DNA of 56,780 nucleotides from an uncultured Desulfovibrionaceae bacterium (GCA_964369505.1 CAYJGS010000001.1:1605-58384); one strand, 5' to 3'; shown: positions 1 through 8,359, numbered from the stretch's first letter. Notes: generated by a model not told the origin, from the letters alone. Made by a program: numbers and translations.

Positions 1-161
1 TAACTCGCTACCGCTCGAGTCTCCCGACGGGTTAAGGTGCTCAGGGCGGCGGATAAGATGCAACTGGAAGCCAGTTCCAGTTGCCCGCCTACTTCGCTCA
101 ATAACTCGCTACCGCTCGAGTCTCCCGACGGGTTAAGGTGCTCAGGGCGGCGGATAGCATG
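1..161. repeat. Tandem direct repeat of two ~60-nt units (1-60 and 102-161, 101-bp period). The array may continue left of the window.
   Basis: Positions 1-55 are identical to 102-156, and 58-60 match 159-161. Only 56-57 versus 157-158 differ. Each unit runs into a different hairpin (about 48-89 and 149-182) closed by GGCGG/CCGCC-type pairs. The repeat is G+C-rich and abuts the AT-rich island. Confidence 0.8.
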
Positions 162-253
162 CACGTAAATTCCACATGCCGCTTTGCAGGCGATAAAAAT
201 GAACTTTAGCTTATTTCACACGGCGTAAGGCAAGCCTTAAAGGAATATAATGA

Positions 254-2923
254 CTATAAAAGTTGCCTTTTAGCAAGTTTAGCAAAGTGACCATTGGCTT
301 GAATTAATTCTTTATACGTACCTTGTTCGATGATTTTCCCTTCATTTAAAACAACTATACAGTCGGCATCAATAATTGTTGAAAGGCGATGCGCAATGAC
401 TATTTTTGTAACTGGAAGCTCGGCAATTGTTTCCCTGACAATATTTTGTGCATTATTATCCAGTGCGCTGGTTGCTTCGTCAAAGAAAAGTATTTTAGGG
501 CTTTTAACCAATGCCCTAGCAATTAAAATTCTTTGTTTTTGCCCGCCGGAAAGACCACCGTCAGCACCACTTACCACAGTATGCATTTTCATGGGCATTG
601 CTTCTATATCTTTATCGCATCCTGCGTGTTTTGCCGCTTGCCATGCATCATCAATGGTGAGTGAAGAAGAGCCTGCAACAATATTTTTAAAAATACTATC
701 CGGAATAAGTTTACTATCTTGAAGCACAACACCCAGTTGTGAACGAAGCTGGCGCAAATTCACATGATTTAAATCAAGATTATCATAAGAAATAGAGCCT
801 TGCAGTGGCTTTTCAAAACCTAACAAAAGGCGCAATAAAGTGGATTTTCCCGAACCGGATTCCCCCACAATAGCCACAAATTCGCCGGCATTGATTTTTA
901 AGCTCACATTATCAATTATAGCTCGTTGTAGTGTATTATATTTAAATGTTACATGTTTAATATCTATGTTGCCTTGAATGTTTTCAATTTGCCCTTGCCA
1001 TAAGTTTTTTTCAGGCATTGCTTCAAGTAAGGGGCTTAACCTTTGATATATAGGTATGGCTTCAATGGTATTAATTAACGATATCAAAATCGAACTGAAT
1101 GACGCACTCACTATGCCTAGTGCAGATGAAAAAGCCACAAAATCTGAAAGAGAAATCATTGCATCAGGCGAATAATTAAAAAGAAAAGTAATTAAAATAA
1201 TAATTATTATAATAATACAAATAGGAAGAATAGCGCTTAAAAGTGATACAGTTTTTTCGCAGTTTGATAATTTAAAATATATTCGCTTTTGCTCGGAGAA
1301 TTTTTCACTCCAATGCTCAAGAATTTGATTTTCAGTTCCTGTTGCTCTTATTTTACTTAGTCCGGCAAAATATTGGATACTATTTCCTTGCATTTCACCC
1401 GAAAGAGATGCCATTTCTTTTTGTAATCTATAACTTGTAAAAGCAATAATTATAAAAATAAATGATATAATAAACATAAATAAAAGTGTGACAATACTAA
1501 ATAGAGGTGAATAGTAAAACATCAATAATAAAGGAGGAAATATAAATATTGAAGTCAAAGCTGTTTTTAAAAAAGTATTATTTAAAATATTGGATAGTTG
1601 TATGATACTAAGACTTCTATCTGTTATGTCGCCAATGGAATAGTCTTTAAAAAATGTAAGCGGAACACTTAAAAGCCTATCCCAAACACTAGCTTGCAGC
1701 GACCAACACAAGCGATGGCGGATGCGTAGTAAAAGCAAAGAACTTAAATATTCTATGGTTGCCTTTGTTAAAGCAAAGCCAATTGCTAAAATAAAAATTT
1801 GCATGAGCAATTCATAATCTGCAAGGGGTATGACTGTAGAAAAAATGGTGGCATTTATTATGGGAAGGGCCGAGCTTAGTAATGCTATGATAAAAAACAA
1901 AAAGCTTGCTCTTATAAAATCTGTTCGAGACATTTCCCACGCCAAAGAAAATAGTTTTTTTAATGTAATAGGTTCATTTGGAAAGGGCTTATAAAAAATA
2001 GTGCCTTTATTACTTAAGTTTTCAAGAAAAGAATCATCAATTTGGTTAGTTTTTGCAGTGGCACTGTCATACCAATACCACACACTCTCATCATCAAGAG
2101 GAAATATAGCCACTCTTTCGCCTGTTATTAGTTCACCCAAAAAAGGCATACCACACTTATTCTGCCAATCAGATTCCAATGTGATGTTTCTTTTGCGTAT
2201 GGCAGATTGTTTGCAAATCATGTCAAGGTGGGCGTTTTCATCTGCTTCTGAAGTAATATTAGGTATAATAAATTGTATATTTTGAATTTTTCCAAGAGCA
2301 GTAATTGCACCGGCTAAGGAGTTTTTGTTTGCTGTAAAATTATATTTGTTGTTAACATTAAAAAAGTTAAAAACATTAGAAATGGCCTTTTTATGCGACT
2401 GAGTGGATTCACTTTGAAGCAACTTATATTGTTCACTAAAGGCTGCTTTTTGTTCAAAAACAAAATTATTGAAATAGCCATATAGTTCATTGCTGTTTTC
2501 CACAAAAAATTTTGGTATATAATCAGATGAAAATTCAAAGTCTGGCACAGAAATTTTTAACAAATGAGACATAAATATATGCAACTGTTCGTTTATTAAG
2601 AATTTGTCCGAATCTGCTAAATTTTCAAGCTCTTGATACGGCAATTCCACATATATAGTATTTAAATTTGCAATGGCGCATAATTTTATTGTGCTATTCT
2701 TATTTGGCGCTATGCCGCGAAATGCAGTGCAATCATAATTTGAAAGTGAACCATAATATATTCTATGCATAGCTTGATGTTTACTGTCAAATTCTATTAA
2801 AAATAAATTAAAATCTCCTTCTTTTAAAAGATAAATCACATCTGGATTATCTAAGATGACAAGCTTACCGCTGTTTGAATATTCTAAAAGATTCTTAGGC
2901 AAAGTTTTCAGTGATTGTATCAT
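254..2923 (-). CDS. ABC exporter (fused permease and ATPase) without a peptidase domain. It has an N-terminal cNMP-binding-like domain and resembles the NHLM-type second transporter.
   Basis: The ORF is 889 aa. It has Walker A GESGSGKST, signature LSGGQKQR and Walker B ILFFDEATSALD, with a multi-TM exporter core. The ~300-aa N-terminal region has no C39 Cys motif. Its start overlaps the upstream stop (TAATG at 2921-2925). Confidence 0.85.
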   Translation of the reverse strand: MIQSLKTLPKNLLEYSNSGKLVILDNPDVIYLLKEGDFNLFLIEFDSKHQAMHRIYYGSLSNYDCTAFRGIAPNKNSTIKLCAIANLNTIYVELPYQELENLADSDKFLINEQLHIFMSHLLKISVPDFEFSSDYIPKFFVENSNELYGYFNNFVFEQKAAFSEQYKLLQSESTQSHKKAISNVFNFFNVNNKYNFTANKNSLAGAITALGKIQNIQFIIPNITSEADENAHLDMICKQSAIRKRNITLESDWQNKCGMPFLGELITGERVAIFPLDDESVWYWYDSATAKTNQIDDSFLENLSNKGTIFYKPFPNEPITLKKLFSLAWEMSRTDFIRASFLFFIIALLSSALPIINATIFSTVIPLADYELLMQIFILAIGFALTKATIEYLSSLLLLRIRHRLCWSLQASVWDRLLSVPLTFFKDYSIGDITDRSLSIIQLSNILNNTFLKTALTSIFIFPPLLLMFYYSPLFSIVTLLFMFIISFIFIIIAFTSYRLQKEMASLSGEMQGNSIQYFAGLSKIRATGTENQILEHWSEKFSEQKRIYFKLSNCEKTVSLLSAILPICIIIIIIILITFLFNYSPDAMISLSDFVAFSSALGIVSASFSSILISLINTIEAIPIYQRLSPLLEAMPEKNLWQGQIENIQGNIDIKHVTFKYNTLQRAIIDNVSLKINAGEFVAIVGESGSGKSTLLRLLLGFEKPLQGSISYDNLDLNHVNLRQLRSQLGVVLQDSKLIPDSIFKNIVAGSSSLTIDDAWQAAKHAGCDKDIEAMPMKMHTVVSGADGGLSGGQKQRILIARALVKSPKILFFDEATSALDNNAQNIVRETIAELPVTKIVIAHRLSTIIDADCIVVLNEGKIIEQGTYKELIQANGHFAKLAKRQLL

Positions 2924-5115
2924 TACATGCTCTCAATTAATTTGCTATAGTACCCATTAAGAGTGAGTAATTCTTGATGACTTCCCTGTTCAACAATGCT
3001 ACCTTGCTCTAAAACTATAATTTTATCCGCATCTCGTATAGTGCTTAATCTATGTGCAATAATAATAGTTGTGCAACCGCGTCGGCGGATGTTTCTGTCC
3101 ACATGCAATTCCGTGATGGGATCCAATGCACCTGTGGCTTCATCTAAAATCAAAACGCTTGGATTTACAGAAAGCGCGCGTGCAATTTCAAGTCTTTGCC
3201 TTTGGCCACCGCTAAAGTTTTTACCGTATTCGTCTACTTCTGAAAAAAAGCCTGAAGGACGTTGACTTATTTCGTCATATATTTCGGCATCTATTGCCGC
3301 TTGCTGCACTGTTTGTATAGAAATAGCACGATTTCTCATGCTTAAATTTTCATATACTGTGCCTTTAAACATAAAAATTTCTTGATCCACAACTGCAAAA
3401 GAATTTGCAAATAAAGTAGCGCTTAACTCATTGCGCGTTTTTCCATCAAAGGTGATTTCACCAGACCAAGGAGTATATAAGCCAGTAAGCAATTTAGCAA
3501 TTGTGGTCTTGCCTGAGCCGGAAGAACCAACCAAAGCGATGCGGTCTCCTGCAGATATTTTCAATGATAAATTTTTAATTATGGGTTCTTTTATGGGATT
3601 ATAGCCAAATGTAATATTGCATAGTTCAATATACCCCTGAAGCTTTCCCATTTTTTCATCGGCTAAATCACGAGCATCATTGTTAAAAATAGGGTCTGTA
3701 GTATACGTCAGTACATCGTCAATACGTCCCATAGTAACATCTAACCTTTGCACAGATGAAAGCATGGCCACAAGGGCAACAATTGGGGCAAAAAAGTACC
3801 CTATAAGTATCTGAAACGATAATAATTCACCCATAGACAAAGAACCTAAAAGAACACGCAAAGCCCCAAAAACCAAAATACCGATGGTATTTAATGAAAT
3901 AAGTGTTGTGGGTATAGTTCCTATGAAAAGGGAGGATAATTCAAGTTTCTGAGCAGACATAATGGCATTTGTTTGAACACCGCTAATAGTGGAAAAAAAG
4001 TCGTCTTCAGCACCGGTTGATCTTAGCGTTTCCATAAGCATGATACCTGATGCACTATCACCCACTAGGCGCCCGAAATCCAATTGGACAGATTGACTTA
4101 GAATACGCTGATTTTTAATTTCCCAAGTTAAAGCCCATATGGTGCATATGGCAGTAAAGCAAGCAAACAAACCGAGAAGCGTATCATAATAAACAAGCAA
4201 AGCACCATAAAATATAAACGTTATGAATGACAATATATTTATGGCCAAATCTCGTGAAATAAAGTTTGCGACCTCATCAACAGTTGTTAATCTATTAGCT
4301 AATTCACCTGGCTGGCGTAAATTAAAAAAATTAATAGGCAGGCGGATAATATGTTCAAAAAATTTAAAAGATGATTCTAGGGAAAGTTTAAGATTGAATC
4401 GTATTATAATATTCTGTTGCATATTATGTAACATGAAAATCATAAAAGCAACCATGATGGCAGCAAAAAGAAGCGGTGTTCCCCACGCATAATTTTCGCC
4501 AGTAATAAGCTTATCAACTAAAATTGCTGAAAAGCTTGGCACTAAAATACTTGCAGGAATAAGCAAAAGCCCTGCTAAAACTGTGAAAAAAATCACATCT
4601 TTATATTGCGAAAAGCGTTTTTTTAAAAGATCAACAAAGGAGCGAGGCTTGCCCGAAGGAACAAAGTTTTCATTGGGATAAATTTCCAAAAGTACACCAC
4701 TAAAGGATTGATCCATCTCTTCAGTTGTAACAATTCTTTCGCCAAATGCCGGATCATTAAGGTAATGCTTATCGCCTTTTCTGCCCGTATATAGCAAAAA
4801 ATGATTGAAATTCCAAAATAGGACAATAGGAAGCTTGTATTCACATAAATTATTGATGTCATGCTCTTTATAGCCTGTAGCCACCATGTCATACGACCTT
4901 GCTACCTTTAGCAAAGAAGAAGCCGTGCTTCCATCTCGAGAACAACCGCATGCATCACGCATAAGTTCTAAGGGGATAAATTTCTTATAGAAAGCAAAAA
5001 TCATTGCCAAAGAAGCAGCTCCACACTCAATGATTTCCATTTGTAAAATCAAAGGAACCTTAATTCGGTGTGGTGTAAAGACGTGCTTAATGAGTTTTAA
5101 TATATTTTTAAACAT
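2923..5115 (-). CDS. Peptidase-containing ABC transporter (PCAT): C39 double-glycine peptidase, permease and ATPase
   Basis: The ORF is 730 aa. The N-terminal C39 motif is QMEIIECGAASLAMI (catalytic Cys). It has Walker A GSSGSGKTT, signature FSGGQRQR and Walker B LILDEATGALD. Confidence 0.9.
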   Translation of the reverse strand: MFKNILKLIKHVFTPHRIKVPLILQMEIIECGAASLAMIFAFYKKFIPLELMRDACGCSRDGSTASSLLKVARSYDMVATGYKEHDINNLCEYKLPIVLFWNFNHFLLYTGRKGDKHYLNDPAFGERIVTTEEMDQSFSGVLLEIYPNENFVPSGKPRSFVDLLKKRFSQYKDVIFFTVLAGLLLIPASILVPSFSAILVDKLITGENYAWGTPLLFAAIMVAFMIFMLHNMQQNIIIRFNLKLSLESSFKFFEHIIRLPINFFNLRQPGELANRLTTVDEVANFISRDLAINILSFITFIFYGALLVYYDTLLGLFACFTAICTIWALTWEIKNQRILSQSVQLDFGRLVGDSASGIMLMETLRSTGAEDDFFSTISGVQTNAIMSAQKLELSSLFIGTIPTTLISLNTIGILVFGALRVLLGSLSMGELLSFQILIGYFFAPIVALVAMLSSVQRLDVTMGRIDDVLTYTTDPIFNNDARDLADEKMGKLQGYIELCNITFGYNPIKEPIIKNLSLKISAGDRIALVGSSGSGKTTIAKLLTGLYTPWSGEITFDGKTRNELSATLFANSFAVVDQEIFMFKGTVYENLSMRNRAISIQTVQQAAIDAEIYDEISQRPSGFFSEVDEYGKNFSGGQRQRLEIARALSVNPSVLILDEATGALDPITELHVDRNIRRRGCTTIIIAHRLSTIRDADKIIVLEQGSIVEQGSHQELLTLNGYYSKLIESM

Positions 5116-5123
5116 GGCATGAG

Positions 5124-6449
5124 CTAATGTAGTATTTGTTTGACCTTTTGTTCAATCACATCCTCATGAACACCTGTTCCCAAAAGCGCTTTACGTATTT
5201 TAGAAAAAATAATTTCAATAGGCCGCAACGTTGCAACAGCAATACTTGCACTACAATATGTGCCTTCTGGAATTTTAATATTTGGACCAGCGCCACTTGT
5301 CCATTCAAAACCGCTAAAAGTGTCAGCATTACTGGTAAGCATAATTTTTACTTCCACAGGCATATTATTGCTCATCTTAAAAATAGCATCAGAAAAATTT
5401 TTATTACGATATTTCAAATTTAAAGCTTCGGCAGATTGTACATAATTATTCACAGAATGTACAACGCCCCGTATTGAACCTTCCCTTTCAGCTTTTACCA
5501 TGGAAGGGGTAATCAAAACGGGCATACCTGTTTTAATTTTACCACTATTAAGCAGTGGATAATAGGCATAAAGCACCCAATTATCCGCGTGGCTTTCAGA
5601 GGTGTCATTAATATTTACAACTGCTTGATTGGTATTTACTATCATTCCATGCTCAACAAGTACTGAAGTCACAAGACCTGTACCGGTACTGATAATTTGA
5701 GTATTTGCTCTATAAAGATTATTTTTTTCAACCAATTCTTCACTAAGTGCAATCAATTCTAGATATAGCTGGAGTTCTTCGTGGTTGATTTCTTTTTTTT
5801 CCTTCAAATATTCGTTTTCTGTTTTTTTTAATTCGGTTATTTTATCAACCAAGTTCATGGTAACTCTATCTCTTTCGGCACGGAAATCTGCATATTCCTT
5901 ATCAGAAGTAGCCCCCCTGGCTCGCACTCCGCTCAATTTTTCTAAAAATGCATCATGCCATTCTATTTGCTTTTTAAGCAACTCAATGGTTGTATTTATA
6001 CTTTCTTGCATTTGTGTTTTTTGACTTTCATTACTTTGATCAAGGGACGCGTTGAATGCAATGATTTGGTCACTCATTTTCTTTTTGCGCTCAATCTTAT
6101 CAATCAAACTTTTAATTTCGGAACGATCTTTAGGAATCAAAATTGTAGCTATTAAGTCACCATATTGAACATAATCACCAACAGAAACATTCACTGAGTC
6201 GACAACACCGTTTGCCGGAGAATACGCACTATAAATACCCTGTTTTGTAAGAATAATGCCACTTGCTGTTATGCGTTCGTTTATCTTGCCAAATAAACTC
6301 CAGTAAATTATCAAAACTACCAATAAACCTAAACTAAGAAGGGCTAACCAGCTTTTTCTTGATACGATAACAAACGAACGATCTAACTCCATAGGAGAAA
6401 ACATTTTTTTCAAGGCGTTATTTCTAAAAAGATTTTTTTTCATAATCAT
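5124..6449 (-). CDS. HlyD/CvaA-family membrane fusion (secretion adaptor) protein
   Basis: The ORF is 441 aa. It has an N-terminal TM anchor (WLALLSLGLLVVLIIYW) and a lipoyl-like segment (GVVDSVNVSVGDYVQYGDLIA). A long charged coiled-coil middle and a C-terminal beta-rich part follow. It lies immediately upstream of the two ABC genes. Confidence 0.85.
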   Translation of the reverse strand: MIMKKNLFRNNALKKMFSPMELDRSFVIVSRKSWLALLSLGLLVVLIIYWSLFGKINERITASGIILTKQGIYSAYSPANGVVDSVNVSVGDYVQYGDLIATILIPKDRSEIKSLIDKIERKKKMSDQIIAFNASLDQSNESQKTQMQESINTTIELLKKQIEWHDAFLEKLSGVRARGATSDKEYADFRAERDRVTMNLVDKITELKKTENEYLKEKKEINHEELQLYLELIALSEELVEKNNLYRANTQIISTGTGLVTSVLVEHGMIVNTNQAVVNINDTSESHADNWVLYAYYPLLNSGKIKTGMPVLITPSMVKAEREGSIRGVVHSVNNYVQSAEALNLKYRNKNFSDAIFKMSNNMPVEVKIMLTSNADTFSGFEWTSGAGPNIKIPEGTYCSASIAVATLRPIEIIFSKIRKALLGTGVHEDVIEQKVKQILH

Positions 6450-6551
6450 ACTGCTTTACGCATCAAGGGCGTGTTTATCATTTTGCGGGAAATGTGCTCT
6501 AGTATGGTTTCATGTGAATACAAATATTACTACTTACATTATATTTTGGCT

Positions 6552-7799
6552 TTATTTAACAATACCAATATCAACTTTTTTTAAAAAATCGTATAGCTCA
6601 CTTGCTCGAACAACACTAATAGGATAATCTTTAATATAACCATCTTCACCAAATGCTATATCACCCATTGGTGTTGATAGTGTTTGCGTGTTCATATAAT
6701 CAAGAACTATATTTATATCATTAGAGCCTGCCTGCTCTATGGCATTATATAAAATGAATACCATACGGTACACCATGGGAATTATATAAAATGTTGTTTT
6801 TATTTTTCCTTCATTGTAAAGCTCTTTCATTATCGAAATTAAATTATCATCAAGTCTATAGTTTAAAATTATATAGCTTTTGTTAATATTTGGTAGAAGT
6901 TGTAATTCTTCCCAAGTGATAGAATCTTGGTTGATAATAAAATCATTATATTTAGGCTTTTGTAAAAAATTTTTATTATTAGTATAAAAATCTAAAAACA
7001 TAGCTCTATTACCAATAGAAATAATATTTAGATCCGGTGCAAATTTTAAAGATTCATTGATATATCTTTGCACGTGACCACTTAGGTTTTTCTTTTCGTA
7101 ATTTAAAGTTCCTAACATATTTAAGTTGTTTGAATGAAAATTACGCAAAATAACACTGGAATATTTTTTACTGTATAAGTCGTCTTCATGCATTATGATA
7201 AAAGGCGTTTCTGTATCATATTTTTGAGCATTCCATTGCGCTGCAGCTTTTGCCTCGGTAAAAACTGAAGCAGTGCTTGAAAAATAACTCTTAGCACGGG
7301 GAACTGCTAAATCTATATCCCCTTGTGTCATGGTGATTTGCAATAAATTGGCAGCAGCAACTTTATTTTTTATAACGGAAACAATGGAAGAACTAAAAGG
7401 ACCAATTATTCCAAAAATATCTTCTTGAGCCATAATTTCACTCAATAAATCGTCACTTTTTTTTGCTGATCCTTCATTATCATACCACAATATTTCGATT
7501 TTTTTCCCGTGTTCTTTCTTTTGAGCGTTGATTTTATTGACAGCAAACTCTATGGTATCCTTTAATTTTATATTATGGTTGTCCCAATTTTCCCAAGCTC
7601 CAAGAGCGGCAAATTTTATAATTTCTCTTGGTTTTTTGTAATATTCTAATCTTTTATTGCCAAGTTCCTGCAGGCTTAGTTCTTGCGTTGATATGAAAGA
7701 TGAAAAAGTGCCCAAGCTTTTTAAGTCATTAGCATTAATCAAAAAAAATATAGGAATTATTGCAATAAATAATATTATTAGAACAGCCTTCTTTGGCAT
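6552..7799 (-). CDS. Membrane-anchored or secreted type-1 periplasmic-binding-fold protein (LivJ/ANF-receptor-like)
   Basis: The ORF is 415 aa. It has an N-terminal hydrophobic anchor or signal (AVLIILFIAIIPIFFLI). An alternating beta-alpha pattern and length are typical of Peripla_BP_6-type proteins. A GGAGA RBS lies 5 nt upstream of the ATG. The fold assignment is from pattern recognition only. Confidence 0.6.
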   Translation of the reverse strand: MPKKAVLIILFIAIIPIFFLINANDLKSLGTFSSFISTQELSLQELGNKRLEYYKKPREIIKFAALGAWENWDNHNIKLKDTIEFAVNKINAQKKEHGKKIEILWYDNEGSAKKSDDLLSEIMAQEDIFGIIGPFSSSIVSVIKNKVAAANLLQITMTQGDIDLAVPRAKSYFSSTASVFTEAKAAAQWNAQKYDTETPFIIMHEDDLYSKKYSSVILRNFHSNNLNMLGTLNYEKKNLSGHVQRYINESLKFAPDLNIISIGNRAMFLDFYTNNKNFLQKPKYNDFIINQDSITWEELQLLPNINKSYIILNYRLDDNLISIMKELYNEGKIKTTFYIIPMVYRMVFILYNAIEQAGSNDINIVLDYMNTQTLSTPMGDIAFGEDGYIKDYPISVVRASELYDFLKKVDIGIVK

Positions 7800-7936
7800 T
7801 GTTTTCTCCGTAGGCTTGGGGCTCGCAAATAAATTTTTTTCGGAATTTTATATAAATCATCTTAAAAAAAGGTAACAGTGCTCAGAGTCCATTTCGCCAT
7901 ATAGCATACATGCGTTATTACGCTTATTTCATTATA

Positions 7937-7976
7937 TAAAAAACTCCCAACGGTTTTGCTTTGCACCGTTAGGAGT
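7937..7976 (-). terminator. Rho-independent terminator or attenuator directly after the precursor-peptide gene
   Basis: On the minus strand, the stem actcctaacggt/accgttgggagt (one mismatch) is followed by TTTTTT. It lies 61 nt after the precursor stop and upstream of the next gene. Confidence 0.7.
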
Positions 7977-8036
7977 TAAAATGAACAACGGATATTACCC
8001 GCTAATAGCAATTACGTTGTAAGTAGTCGCACGTAT

Positions 8037-8234
8037 CTAAATATTATATGTTGCGTTTGGTTTGTAAGCGCCTCCCCTAGATCCTCCACCTGAAGAACTA
8101 TATTGGGCAGCACCACCAGTAATTGAATCTAATGACTCTTCGTCAAGCTCATTGGTTAACTTATTAATTTTTGAAGCTTGTTCTTGTTTTATTTTTTGGT
8201 CAAGTTCACATTTTTTTTTCGTTGCTTTTTCCAT
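8037..8234 (-). CDS. Double-glycine-leader precursor peptide (41-aa leader, 24-aa core AAQYSSSGGGSRGGAYKPNATYNI)
   Basis: The ORF is 65 aa with an AAGGA RBS about 10 nt upstream. The leader ends L(-12)DEESL(-7)DSI(-4)TGG, which matches the LSxxELxxIxGG double-glycine consensus. It is the first gene of an operon that ends with a C39-peptidase ABC exporter. Confidence 0.8.
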   Translation of the reverse strand: MEKATKKKCELDQKIKQEQASKINKLTNELDEESLDSITGGAAQYSSSGGGSRGGAYKPNATYNI

Positions 8235-8359
8235 AATGAGTTATCCTTTTGATTATTAGTGAGTAAATACTGAGAATGCTTTACAAAAAAAAGTTCTATT
8301 CGCAATATGGCTTCACGATTTTTGATAGTTAAGACTAACTTACAGGCTGAAAATTGTCA

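Noticed and set aside
1-161. Possible CRISPR array or integron attC sites at the left edge
   Set aside because: The repeat unit is about 55-60 nt, longer than typical CRISPR repeats. Only two copies are visible and the intervening segments are themselves hairpins. No cas genes or leader are present. The attC-type core sites (RYYYAAC / GTTRRRY) are not matched, since gttaagg fails the last position. The 101-bp spacing is also too short for gene cassettes.
254-8234. Lanthipeptide, sactipeptide, thiopeptide or lasso-type RiPP cluster
   Set aside because: The predicted core has no Cys. No LanB/LanC/LanM, radical-SAM, YcaO or lasso cyclase/protease-like ORF exists in or next to the island. Only export genes and a binding-protein-fold gene are present.
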